Assembly: GCA_002691205.1 (NCBI GenBank)
Contig: NZHD01000061.1
Location: 31,696 to 95,695, forward strand
Length of the DNA stretch: 64,000 nucleotides
Direction: 5' to 3'
Origin: Deltaproteobacteria bacterium
GTDB lineage: Bacteria; Myxococcota_A; UBA9160; UBA4427
Shown: one piece after another, positions 38,800-48,576 of the stretch
Layout: each line of letters opens with the position of its first letter
How positions within the stretch are numbered: the stretch's first letter is position 1
Made by a program: the position numbers and the translations under genes
The notes under the pieces: model-generated
Database searches by the model: none
What the model was told of the DNA's origin: nothing
Seen by the model: only the letters and a program-made list of their open reading frames with translations

Positions 38800-39306
38800 A
38801 TGGGTCAAAAAGAAGTGCGCCTGGGCTGGGGCCATATCAATGTCAACGTGAGCGATCTCGATGCGGCGATCATTTTTTATGAGAAGTTAGGGTTTTCCGT
38901 CCTTCTGCCCGGTATTCCGTATCTGGCCCTCAGCCAGGAAGCCCCGAAACAGCCCCTATCGGAATCAAGCGCAGCGGCGCTGGGTCTTGAAACTCCGGTC
39001 GCGGGCCGTGCCTGCATTATGCAGTTGGGGAAGGGGTTTCCGATGCTTGATCTGACAGAACTTTTGGGACCCGCTGGCTCGGTGCCATTGACCACCCGCG
39101 ACCGAGGGATCGTGCGGATCTGTCTTGCCTCTCAAAATCTTGATCAAGACTACGCGCGGCTGACCAACGACGGAGTCGAGTTTCTTTCCTCGCCGCAGCT
39201 CGGGGAGGGGGGATCCGCAAAGATTGCGGTTTGCCGGGACCCCGATGGCACACTGATCGAGCTGATCGAAATTGATCTCGATCGCTGGTCGGAACTTGTC
39301 GGCTAG
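38800..39306 (+). CDS. VOC/glyoxalase-family protein
   Basis: WGHINVNVSDLDAAIIFYEKLGF and C-terminal DPDGTLIELIE. ATG 38800 has GGGAG upstream. Confidence 0.75.
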   Translation: MGQKEVRLGWGHINVNVSDLDAAIIFYEKLGFSVLLPGIPYLALSQEAPKQPLSESSAAALGLETPVAGRACIMQLGKGFPMLDLTELLGPAGSVPLTTRDRGIVRICLASQNLDQDYARLTNDGVEFLSSPQLGEGGSAKIAVCRDPDGTLIELIEIDLDRWSELVG

Positions 39307-39509
39307 ACGACGCGTTGCTCAGGGAGCGCTGTGTCGGTCCATTCCGATACGTCTAAAAAGCCCCGATGCGGGAGCTTCTATGGCCTATTTCCCTTCAGGT
39401 CCTTCGTGATCTTCTTTTTGGGTTAAATACGCCGTTTTTTAGACCGTAAAAAAGTGGAACGAACAGTTTTAAAGGACATGATTTCCTCTGACTCAATACT
39501 CCAAATGAA

Positions 39510-39549
39510 AACGCCCTCAGCGAAAAGCGCCGAGGGCGTTACTTTTTTA
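39510..39549. terminator. bidirectional-looking intrinsic terminator between convergent genes
   Basis: 9-bp GC-rich stem AACGCCCTC (39510-39518) / GAGGGCGTT (39532-39540). Followed by ACTTTTTT on the + strand and a T-rich run on the - strand. Confidence 0.6.
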
Positions 39550-39651
39550 ACGATCCTTTGAATCAGGCATGGCCAATTGGAAGCCATGAGTATGCAAACA
39601 CTTTTTGGTGTTCATCGTGCGGTGGAGATCGACGCAGCTACAGCGCCTGCA

Positions 39652-41100
39652 TTAGGAACCGAATGCTCGGGAGGTGCCTTCGACTGCGATACTAAGTACA
39701 TCGTCAAAGATAAGGTCATCCTCGTAGCAGACCCGTCCCGTTGCCTCTAGGATCGACTCCCCGCGAATCCAATCGCCGCTCCCGACTGGCCCCTGAATCG
39801 ACGCATTTTCGCCACCAAAAGCAATCGAGGCTTTTGCGGAGGTCGCACTATCGGTGGGACCGTTGTGGCAGCACGTCTTATTTGGGAAGACCTTGGCGTG
39901 CCCGCTGTAGTCAAAGGCCACTTCAATGACCTCTGTTCCGCCCCACGGGTCTGAACCCGGCGGGCAGTTGCTCGGGTCAGTCGTGAGCGATTGGATGTTG
40001 CCGCCCGTAGCATCCACTGCCAGGGAGCTGTCGGGGGTACACAGCGCTTGGACCGTCACGTTGGCCAGTTGAATCGAAGCAGTGGCGCCCATCACCGACA
40101 TCGAAGCGCCGGCGATACTTGCATTACCGGGGCGTGGGACCACGCAGCCGCATTTTTTGCCCACTTCTTTTTGCACCGCATCCTGAAGGGCCGCTGACGA
40201 AAGTGATCGTCCTTGAGCGCGAACCTCGCGCCCCACCCGGATCGCACATGCCTCGGGGTCTCCACCGCCAGGCACGACATCGGGCCGGTTGTTCGGGGCC
40301 AATCCTACATCGAGCGGTGCGACCTCGACCCTTTTGGAGAGGGCACTCCGCATTTCTTGTTCCTGTACGAGTGACGAGTAGTATTCTCCCCGCTCAAGCT
40401 CGGTGAGCCTCTGCAGGCCGAGCGATTCCCACTCCGTTCGCATGGGTTCTTCGGTTTCTGACTGGAACCAGACTTTGAGCATTGCGGTGGCTGCCACCAG
40501 TCGATCCACTGAAATTCCTGTTCCGCGTTGTCTTTCAATTTTCGTCAGGGTGCGAAGAGCCAGTCGGTGAAGCGGAGCCTTACTAAATGGCCCGCCCAGA
40601 TCGCCCGCTCGCTCGTCCGCAACGTATTGATCCGCTAGCTCCAGAAGGTCCCCCTTGGGTTGCTTCCACATCGCCGAATGCACCGTTTCGCCCTCGTCAT
40701 AACGGTAAGAAAATTCGGAGTGCCCGAGAGCGATCCGGTGCACGAATCCTTCCGTATCCGAAAGGACGACCTGGATGGCACCTTCGTCGTCCTGTTCCGC
40801 AAAGAGTTCGTAACGGGCGGGCAAGTCCGTTTCGACTTGAGCCGAGAGTACTTTTCGGTTTTCCTCCTGATAGGTCTCGATCCGCGACACGATCACGTCG
40901 ATGGAATCCCCGCCTTCATAGGCGAGACTAAAATCGGCTTGCTCCACGGGTGCTCCCCCCCTCGCCGGGGCAGAACGCACGCCACCATCGAGTTGTTTTG
41001 CCGCTGCGGGCACATCCGCGCCCCCGGCTATGGCCATTCCCAAAGCCACCATGCAGGCCGGGAAAAAACGAAGTCTTAGGTTAAATCGTCGCATGCTCAT
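39652..41100 (-). CDS. hypothetical secreted protein with Cys-rich C-terminal half
   Basis: Signal peptide MSMRRFNLRLRFFPACMVALGMAIAGGADVPAAA. I recognise no family. Confidence 0.6.
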   Translation of the reverse strand: MSMRRFNLRLRFFPACMVALGMAIAGGADVPAAAKQLDGGVRSAPARGGAPVEQADFSLAYEGGDSIDVIVSRIETYQEENRKVLSAQVETDLPARYELFAEQDDEGAIQVVLSDTEGFVHRIALGHSEFSYRYDEGETVHSAMWKQPKGDLLELADQYVADERAGDLGGPFSKAPLHRLALRTLTKIERQRGTGISVDRLVAATAMLKVWFQSETEEPMRTEWESLGLQRLTELERGEYYSSLVQEQEMRSALSKRVEVAPLDVGLAPNNRPDVVPGGGDPEACAIRVGREVRAQGRSLSSAALQDAVQKEVGKKCGCVVPRPGNASIAGASMSVMGATASIQLANVTVQALCTPDSSLAVDATGGNIQSLTTDPSNCPPGSDPWGGTEVIEVAFDYSGHAKVFPNKTCCHNGPTDSATSAKASIAFGGENASIQGPVGSGDWIRGESILEATGRVCYEDDLIFDDVLSIAVEGTSRAFGS

Positions 41101-41569
41101 TCTCCTCTTCTCGCTGCAGGGTCATCCTGAGTCGAGTGGTTGTGGGATTTGTCCCCACGTATTCTCCGCAAAGCACTGTTCAATTTCTCAAGAGCTTTTA
41201 CATTCCAACCGGAGAGTCGAGATGAAGTTGCGCAATTTTTTATTTTTTGTGCATCCGGAAAATAATAGTTTGCGACGAACTTGACTGAGTGTTTCACCTG
41301 ACCTGTGCGCGTAGAGCGGTGAGGGGATCAAGAGAACGGGTCTAAGTTGAGAAGCCATGCTCAATTAGAAGTTCCCGCCCATGCAAGCAGCCCGCTCGGG
41401 GGAGGCCCTGTCCTAATTTTTGAAATTGAATTTTGCGCTCAGTGTTGGGGGCCGTTTGAGCTGCACAGTCGACTTGTCCGTCTCCTATTGGTAGCCTGAA
41501 TCTGTGATTCCTATTGTCGGTGGGCTGTTAGGCATTCAGTCATCCACGTCCACAACCTCAGGAGTAGAA

Positions 41570-42604
41570 ATGAGCGTACGCGTCGTCTACCGAGATCCGG
41601 CGGGAGGAGGGTTTGGATATCATCCGGTTTTTCACATGGTTCGCCTTGCGGCCGAGTGCCTGGGAGGCGAATTGGTTCGATTGCCTCGACGCAATGTGGG
41701 ATATCTGGAAAAACTTTTTGCAATTCTCAGCCGGCGTCAGAGGACGGGACCGGACGTGTGCCTGATTGTTTGTGCATCACCGGCCGACTTGGATTCATTG
41801 CTGAGCCTCGACTTGTGGAAGTTCAAATACGCAAGGATCGTTCCGTGGATTTTTGATTCATTTTGGGTTGATGAAGCTCCAATCTTTACCCGTTTTAGTC
41901 GGCATTTTGACCATGTTTTCGTGACTGAACCCGAGGATGTGGTCCAATGGCGGAGACAGCTGAGCGCCTCGGTGACATGCTTGCCTTGGGGGAGCGATGT
42001 GCTTCGGCTGGGCTCGAACAACGCTAACCGCGACATCGACTTATTGCGCGTGGGGCGACAACCCTCGGATTGGGAAGACGATGCCAGAACAAAGGTGGCG
42101 TGCGGACGACGGGGCATTGCATTTCAGGGCCGGCCAGAGAGGAAAGAAGATGCGACGGAGAACCAAAGATTTCTCACGCACACAATGGGGCGAGCGAAGT
42201 TCAGTCTGAGTTTTTCAAATGCGGTCAGCCCCAGCATTCAAACTCATCCGACGCGCGAGTACATTACTGGACGCTGGTTGGACGCTGTAGCGTCGGGAAC
42301 GATTGTCGCGGGCGTGGCGCCTAAAACCGAGTTAGTCGATTCAGTTCTGTGGCCTGAGGCTCTCCTTGAGCTCACCACGACGGACCTTTCTAAAGGTCTT
42401 GATGTTATCGAAGAGGCCTTGGCCAGCTGGAGTCCCGATCGAGCAGCGCTTAACCACCTGCGTTCGTTGGAGCGACTGGACTGGAGGTGGCGCTTCGAAA
42501 CCATCGCGAATGTATTGGGGATCCGCTGCAACGTTTTGGACTCCGAGCTCAGTGCGCTTCGAACAAAAATCGACGATGAAGTCCAGATCATTCATAATAC
42601 GTAG
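41570..42604 (+). CDS. possible GT-B/CgeB-like glycosyltransferase-family protein
   Basis: ATG 41570 with AGGAG upstream. HVFVTEPEDVVQW..LPWGSDV..DIDLLRVGRQ and ITGRWLDAVASGTIVAG resemble CgeB/DUF3880-type proteins. This is a weak call made from memory. Confidence 0.45.
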   Translation: MSVRVVYRDPAGGGFGYHPVFHMVRLAAECLGGELVRLPRRNVGYLEKLFAILSRRQRTGPDVCLIVCASPADLDSLLSLDLWKFKYARIVPWIFDSFWVDEAPIFTRFSRHFDHVFVTEPEDVVQWRRQLSASVTCLPWGSDVLRLGSNNANRDIDLLRVGRQPSDWEDDARTKVACGRRGIAFQGRPERKEDATENQRFLTHTMGRAKFSLSFSNAVSPSIQTHPTREYITGRWLDAVASGTIVAGVAPKTELVDSVLWPEALLELTTTDLSKGLDVIEEALASWSPDRAALNHLRSLERLDWRWRFETIANVLGIRCNVLDSELSALRTKIDDEVQIIHNT

Positions 42605-42806
42605 AGCGATGACGGCGGGGAGTGCGTGGCGACTCAGAGGACCCGGCGGCGCATCGAAAGACCGAAGAGACCGAGGCCGATGCGCTGACCGAGAGGGGAT
42701 CGGACGAAAACGTCACTTAAAAGTGCGCTCATGTCTTAGGCGAGAACGGCGTGTGCGTTGAATGAGCAGGACGTCTTCTCACACCTTGAGGTTTTGCCCG
42801 ATCCCG

Positions 42807-43103
42807 CTAAGAGGCGTCGATCCAGATCGGCGATGACCAGACCCGTTCACGCAGTGTTGCAGGGACGCGTGGGTCGGGCTCGCGCGAAAGGCGCAAGGCG
42901 TCATAGGTTGACCATCGACACGTGGGGTTCTGGAGAACACGAACGTAATAGAACGCGGACTGTGCGGGGTCGAAGTGTGGGTCCTTCCAAGTCGTCATGA
43001 GCTGCATTGCGCCAATGTCTCCCGTGGGTTTGTTTCGCCCTACAGCGTTGACTTGTCTTTCGTGTTCTGTCGTGCAATTTCTTGGATCATACCACTGCGT
43101 CAA
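42807..43103 (-). pseudogene. C-terminal remnant (about 95 codons) of a DUF3604-family gene
   Basis: AFYYVRVLQNPTCRWSTYDALRL...LRERVWSSPIWIDAS matches the conserved C-terminus of the roughly 600-700-aa DUF3604 proteins. The frame has only a TTG pseudo-start and begins right at the TetR stop. Confidence 0.55.
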
Positions 43104-43723
43104 AGAGAACTGTCCTTGTTTTGAGATGCAGACAGCACCGTGGAAATGATGAACCGTGCGAAGAGATTGTCGGGAATGGCCTTGGCATCATTAAGCCAGT
43201 GGACCAAGAGTCCGTCGCTCAGTGCCGAGAGCACCACTGCAAAGTCGGCGGGTGGAAGGGGCAGGGTGAGGTCGTGTTCCGCCGCAACCTTTTCAATCAT
43301 CTCGGTCAGAAATTCTCGAGATCGGCGTTGTCGAGTGCGCAGTTTTCGACGGAGCTTGGGCTGTCGTGCGGCAGCGATGCTTAACTCTAACTCAAGGGTG
43401 GCCCAAAGGCGCCCGCTGCCGGGCTCGCCTCGATGCCATGTGTCAAGTTGGACGAGCCGCTCCATCATGGGCGTGTCTCCAGAAAGCACTTCAAGGAGCT
43501 GTGTGTGGCCGATTTCAAAGCGTCGATCGAGCAACTCGATGAGCAGGTCTTCTTTTGAATCAAATTGGGAATAGACCGCTCCTTTAGTTAAGCCAGCAGC
43601 GGCCGCGATTTCTTGAAGAGAGGCGCCAACGAGACCTGACTTTCCGATGACTTTGGCGGCGGCATCGAGAAGTTTTTCACGGTTACGGGCAGTCGCTTCC
43701 TTCCGAGAAACAGGTTTTGGCAT
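43100..43723 (-). CDS. TetR/AcrR-family transcriptional regulator
   Basis: N-terminal HTH: REKLLDAAAKVIGKSGLVGASLQEIAAAAGLTKGAVYSQF. Confidence 0.85.
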   Translation of the reverse strand: MPKPVSRKEATARNREKLLDAAAKVIGKSGLVGASLQEIAAAAGLTKGAVYSQFDSKEDLLIELLDRRFEIGHTQLLEVLSGDTPMMERLVQLDTWHRGEPGSGRLWATLELELSIAAARQPKLRRKLRTRQRRSREFLTEMIEKVAAEHDLTLPLPPADFAVVLSALSDGLLVHWLNDAKAIPDNLFARFIISTVLSASQNKDSSL

Positions 43724-43918
43724 GCGGTGACCCTAGCAAATTGCTGCTGGACTTAGAATTCAAGCGGTGGGCGACACATCCCCTCTTTCAGGCCAGGCCC
43801 AGGGGGCAGGGCGGTCAGACAACACCGTTGGGTGAGATAGAGAGCCTTTGGCTCGATTGATTCAAGTCCGCTGGCATCTGCGCGGTGCAGTCCGAATCAG
43901 TGTGGATGAGTCCGGATC

Positions 43919-43940
43919 GGGAGAATTCGAAAATTCTCCC
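43919..43940. promoter_or_regulatory. perfect 9-bp inverted repeat, candidate operator
   Basis: GGGAGAATT-CGAA-AATTCTCCC lies in the 600-bp TetR/sulfotransferase divergent region, about 200 bp upstream of the TetR start. Confidence 0.3.
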
Positions 43941-44322
43941 ATAGGAAGTGGCCCACGGTCGGTCTCTGGTGAGGAGTGAGTCAAGGGTCTGGGATCGGCC
44001 GGACTCAGACTTCTTGAGGGGGCTGGGTCTGGTCGACTGCGTCCCTATTTTCTTCGAAGACGTATATGTCGACAGTGGATGGAGAGTTACGGCTATTGTC
44101 GAATCCTCAGCTTGTGCTGGAGATCGCTCAAGGTGTAGACTAGGAATTCCTGATTCTCATCGGCCGCAGTTGTCAGGAAAGGGTGGTGTTTCGCGGCTGA
44201 ATCGGAAAGTGTGAGCGCTTCGATGTCAACTCAGTTAGAGAGACTGTGTTGGCTCTTGCCAGAACATCGATTAAAGATTTAGACTTGTTCAGGAGTCAAG
44301 TGACTTTCTTAGAGATGCAAAA

Positions 44323-45264
44323 ATGAAAACAAAAAGCGAAATGGCTTCGCCACTCGTTCACATTGGATTTCCGAAGGCTGGCTCTACTTTTTTACAAAAA
44401 AGAGTCTTTATTGAGAGCAACGGTTTTCATGCCCCTTGGTCAATTTCTTCGGCTGACGCTGTAGAAGCCTTCATCATATCCGATGGCTACACCTTTGCAC
44501 CTGAGCAGGCCTTGTCTCTCTTTAAAAGTGGGATGGAGGAGGCGGAGCAGAAAGGGCTTAGGGCGGTGATCTCCCATGAATATCTTACGGGCAACGCATT
44601 CAATCGAGACAGGGAGTACTACGGGTATGAAGTAAGCGATCGTATCTTGCGGACCTTTCCAGACGCTAAAATTTTGCTGCTCGTGAGAGAGCAGGTGTCC
44701 ATGATCCTTTCAACATACCAGCAGTACGTAGTGCAGGGGGGGTGGTATGATCTGAGTAAGTACTTGGGAGAAGGCCCTCGTCGTCCCGGATTTGCGTCAC
44801 AGTTTAATAGAGACTTCCTCAGATACGATCACGTGATTGATCGATATCAAAGTCTTTTTGGGAAGAATTCTGTTTTGGTACTGCCGCTTGAGTTGCTGAG
44901 TAAGAACTCTGCCGAATTTTTAAAAAGATTGAGCGAATTCTCCGGAGTGGTTCCGATTGCCTCAAATGTTAATCAGGTAGAGAACGCCGCATCCAGTGCG
45001 TTCACCGTAGAGCTACGACGAATCTACAATCGATTCGTAGACACTTATCAGGATCCCTTTGTAAATTCGTACAGAATTAGGAACCGGGTTGCTGGAAAAA
45101 TAAGAAAGGGATCGGAGCGGTTCGTGCCCAGAGAATGGCAAGAACGAAAAGCCAAAGCCAATCACGAAGAAGTTGTTCGGGTCATTGGCGACTACTACTC
45201 TCGCGGAAACAGTCTGGCTTCAGAAAAAATAGGCATAGATTTAAAATCTTTTGGATACCAATGA
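44323..45264 (+). CDS. sulfotransferase-family protein
   Basis: 5'-PSB-like HIGFPKAGSTFL and 3'-PB-like LLLVREQVSMILSTYQQ. Visibly AT-richer than its neighbours. Confidence 0.65.
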   Translation: MKTKSEMASPLVHIGFPKAGSTFLQKRVFIESNGFHAPWSISSADAVEAFIISDGYTFAPEQALSLFKSGMEEAEQKGLRAVISHEYLTGNAFNRDREYYGYEVSDRILRTFPDAKILLLVREQVSMILSTYQQYVVQGGWYDLSKYLGEGPRRPGFASQFNRDFLRYDHVIDRYQSLFGKNSVLVLPLELLSKNSAEFLKRLSEFSGVVPIASNVNQVENAASSAFTVELRRIYNRFVDTYQDPFVNSYRIRNRVAGKIRKGSERFVPREWQERKAKANHEEVVRVIGDYYSRGNSLASEKIGIDLKSFGYQ

Positions 45265-45521
45265 AAACGGGGCGTGCACTCATTTCCTGTGGCGATCTGA
45301 ATTTTTAGAGGAATTGACGGCGTCGCAGTCCCGCACGGAGCAGGCCGTTTTGTAGACGTAGTCCTGAAGCTCCGTAGCGCAGCGGTCTGTTGATTCGCAG
45401 ATGAACCACAAGTGATAAAGCCAAATTCCCTTCACAACCGCTAGTGCCTTGTGGCTTGTCCCGGTCGTGAGGAGACTTATCTTCCATCGACGGAGGTTGT
45501 TAGGTCATCATCTCGAGGTGG

Positions 45522-46133
45522 CTAAGGACGCTTTAGTTTGCCCTGAAAGAAATGCGCTTGCCGCATGCGCTTGAGTTCTGGCTCAAGGTTGCGATCAAAG
45601 GCCCCTTCGCGCTGTTCGATAAGGTGTCGCCAAGGCATGGCGAGTGTATCCGCTTCCCAGAAGCGGACGACATCTTCAACTTTGGCGACGACCTTGGCGG
45701 GGTTTCCAGCCACCACGCTGCCCGCCGGAACGCTTGAACGGACCAAGGAGCCAGCCCCGACCACAGAGCCCTCTCCGATGGTGGTGCTGCCTAAGATGAT
45801 CGCGTCCTCTCCCACGAAAACATCGTCCTCAATGATAATCGGACCGATGCGATCGATGGATACGTTGTGGCGGCGGTTGATCGTTTGGGCCGCGCCATCA
45901 TGGCAAATCAAGGTACAGCTTCCAAGGCAGACTCGGTCGCCTATCCATGTGTATTCCGGTTCGATAATCTTGGTCGAGGGTAAGATCGAGCAGTCCTTGC
46001 CCAAGTGATAGAGGTCGGTCGTCGCGCGGAGATGCTCGGCCCACTCGAAGCCGTTCGCTCCGCCGAAGCGCTTGTAGAGCGCTCTCCCAAGCCTACCGCG
46101 GTGCGAGAAGCGACGGGATAGGCGACGGATCAA
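45522..46133 (-). CDS. hexapeptide-repeat (LbH) acyl/acetyltransferase
   Basis: Hexapeptide repeats IIIEDDVFVGEDAIILGSTTIGEGSVVGAGSLVRSSVPAGSVVAGNPAKVV. Confidence 0.8.
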   Translation of the reverse strand: MIRRLSRRFSHRGRLGRALYKRFGGANGFEWAEHLRATTDLYHLGKDCSILPSTKIIEPEYTWIGDRVCLGSCTLICHDGAAQTINRRHNVSIDRIGPIIIEDDVFVGEDAIILGSTTIGEGSVVGAGSLVRSSVPAGSVVAGNPAKVVAKVEDVVRFWEADTLAMPWRHLIEQREGAFDRNLEPELKRMRQAHFFQGKLKRP

Positions 46134-46384
46134 TGGGTGGCCTCCACTCTTGCAGAAAGCAGGTCTAATAGTATCCCCACATTTCCATCGCCTTGGCGCA
46201 TTTCACTCAATTCGGCTGCGGGAAACTTTACCGAAAAATGTTTTTCGACGGCCACGATGAGATTGATTTGCGCCATGGAGTCCCAACCTTCGACGTCGGT
46301 TGCGGTGGTTGCACGATCGATGCACAAGTCGTCCGCGTCAAATACCTCACGAAACACGCTCTGCAGTTCAACTTCAATGTCCAA
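46130..46384 (-). CDS. acyl carrier protein
   Basis: 84 aa. Phosphopantetheine site VEGWDSMAQINLIVAVE. Overlaps both neighbouring genes. Confidence 0.8.
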   Translation of the reverse strand: MDIEVELQSVFREVFDADDLCIDRATTATDVEGWDSMAQINLIVAVEKHFSVKFPAAELSEMRQGDGNVGILLDLLSARVEATH

Positions 46385-48323
46385 CGATTCGGACCTCCTG
46401 GATCTGATTTGGCTTTGGAGTCAAAGGGGCCGTCAGAGACAGTTCCCAGCGGGTCACCCCAGGCTCATTCTCGCCGCGAGCTTCGAAACCAAGGTTTTCG
46501 TAATGCTGCGACACCATACCATTTTTTTCAGTAGGGCGATATTCTCCAAGCAAACGGGTCAGACCGCGTTCCGTGGCCACTCGAACCAGATCATTTAGGA
46601 CGAAGTCTTCGACGCCGCGCTTCATGACCCTGCAACTCATCAACCAGGTATCGATGAGCATAGAGTCATCCTCGATCCGGGCTAATACCACGCTGATCAG
46701 GCCACTGTCTCCGAAGCGATCGCTGAGTGATACGGTGCGCGTGAACCAGTGTGGATCCTTAGACAGCGCACTTAGCTCGGCGGCCGAGTAGCGGCGGGTT
46801 GTGAGGTTGAATTGGTTTGAGCGGTTGATAAGCTGAGCGCAGCGCTCGAGGTTCATTGGCTGAACGTGGTCGAGAGTCGCGACGAGCTCCAGTGATTTTA
46901 GAAATCCGTTGAGGTCGCTGGCGCTGGTTTCGAGGGCGCGCCGAGCGTCCGAGGCTTGATAAAACTCGGTACGCTTGAGGTCTTCCGGGCTGAGCGATAC
47001 AGCTTGGAAATAACGATGCCTATCTACATCGCGGATATAGTTCGCCGGATCTTTATCCATTTCAGGCACGGCCACTTCGGGGCACAGTTGGCGTACGATG
47101 GCTCGCTCCACAGGGTTATCGTCCACGAAAACAAGGGAGTTCAAACCAATGTTCAGCTGCGCCGCGATACGGCTCATGTTTGTCGCCTTATCATCCCAGT
47201 TGGCCATGAAGCACGAAATGTCGTCCAGGCGCAGCACCATCTCGGTGTGCTTCTCGAAGACCTCCTTCGCAATCGACTCAGTGTTTTTGCTGCACACCGC
47301 GAGGAGCACACCGCGCTCACGCAATGCCCTCGCGTAACGTTGGAACGCAATGAAGGCTTCACCTTCTGGCTCACCTTGGCCCAACTGAATGCCGCCCAGG
47401 CCATCGTCGCCGATGACGCCGCCCCACAGAGTGTTATCCAGATCGAGCACTAGGCACTTGCGCGAATGGCCGAGTTGCGCGAGCACGAGCGATGCCAAGC
47501 TGTGCGCATACTCGGTGAGACACTCCGGTGCACAGGGTAGTTTGGCTTGATTGTAAAATCGTTCGTCGTGCCATTCCCAGCGGCCGACGTTCGCCGCGAG
47601 TGAATCCACGTCGTGCACGGTGACGTTGGGTCCAGCCGCATCCTGCAGTCCGTCGTTGACGCGGGCGAGATAACGCCCAAAGCCAGCGGCATGGCGTGCA
47701 TCGTGGTTTCCCAGTGGTCTGGCTGGAGGCAGAGCGAAGTTGCATTGAATGATCTGGCAACCGAGACGCTCATTTGCGATGCGCCAAAGTTCCTGCCAAT
47801 CCCCAACCTCCGCCTGGACCTTCTCTGCGACCAGCTCCGGTGAATCCAAAAGGCTAGGTACGTGTCCTGCATCGCGCCAGGTTCCTGTGATGATCAAAAA
47901 GTCTGGAGCGAATCGATACAGCTCCGAATCGGGGTCGAGGACCTCCTGCCGCCATGTGCCGTAGTCTGACTGATAGACGATGGGAGCGACTTGACCGGCG
48001 CTTAAGTACAACTCGACGAGGCCGGCGAGGGGAGCCGTGGTGTACCCCCCAAGGATGGCGAGCTTAGGGGCTTGCCCCGTGTGCTTAATTTTGGCACGCA
48101 GTCGCTTGAGCGTGCGCTGCAGAGAAACCGCCGTGGTGTAGTCCAGCCCGGGGATCACGAGACGCGGAAAAGCCGCCTGCAGTGCTCCTGCGTCATCCGT
48201 CTGAAGCTCAGCTTTCATCCAGGCTTGGAGTTCTTTCCAGACGTCTGGATCGCCGCCCCTGCGGTTCGCGAATTGATCGATGAGTTCGGATGCGTCTTTC
48301 ACGGAGAGTCTCCGCCGGGGCAA
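46374..48323 (-). CDS. FkbH-like HAD-IIIC phosphatase/acyl-loading protein with C-terminal GNAT-like domain
   Basis: HAD motif I LVLDLDNTLWGGVIGDDG, VCSKN, and FVDDNP. 649 aa. Confidence 0.8.
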   Translation of the reverse strand: MPRRRLSVKDASELIDQFANRRGGDPDVWKELQAWMKAELQTDDAGALQAAFPRLVIPGLDYTTAVSLQRTLKRLRAKIKHTGQAPKLAILGGYTTAPLAGLVELYLSAGQVAPIVYQSDYGTWRQEVLDPDSELYRFAPDFLIITGTWRDAGHVPSLLDSPELVAEKVQAEVGDWQELWRIANERLGCQIIQCNFALPPARPLGNHDARHAAGFGRYLARVNDGLQDAAGPNVTVHDVDSLAANVGRWEWHDERFYNQAKLPCAPECLTEYAHSLASLVLAQLGHSRKCLVLDLDNTLWGGVIGDDGLGGIQLGQGEPEGEAFIAFQRYARALRERGVLLAVCSKNTESIAKEVFEKHTEMVLRLDDISCFMANWDDKATNMSRIAAQLNIGLNSLVFVDDNPVERAIVRQLCPEVAVPEMDKDPANYIRDVDRHRYFQAVSLSPEDLKRTEFYQASDARRALETSASDLNGFLKSLELVATLDHVQPMNLERCAQLINRSNQFNLTTRRYSAAELSALSKDPHWFTRTVSLSDRFGDSGLISVVLARIEDDSMLIDTWLMSCRVMKRGVEDFVLNDLVRVATERGLTRLLGEYRPTEKNGMVSQHYENLGFEARGENEPGVTRWELSLTAPLTPKPNQIQEVRIVGH

Positions 48324-48576
48324 ACCCGGCTCAGCTTCCGCTGTTTAGCTCGCCCCGCATGTGGACACAACTCTCCGTGCAGCAAGGCGCTGATCTGGGG
48401 GAAATGCTCAAAGTATTGTCAGCGGGCAGATGACACAAATTCGTTGCCCCCCCGGCATTGACGGTGCGAGAAGGCCTTACCTCCCTGGGCCGAAGTTCCA
48501 ACCGGATAGAGACGCACTTCTGCAAGGCCTTCCCGACGGTTTTCGAGGGGGTGGGCGGGTTGGACCCAAGCCTGGT

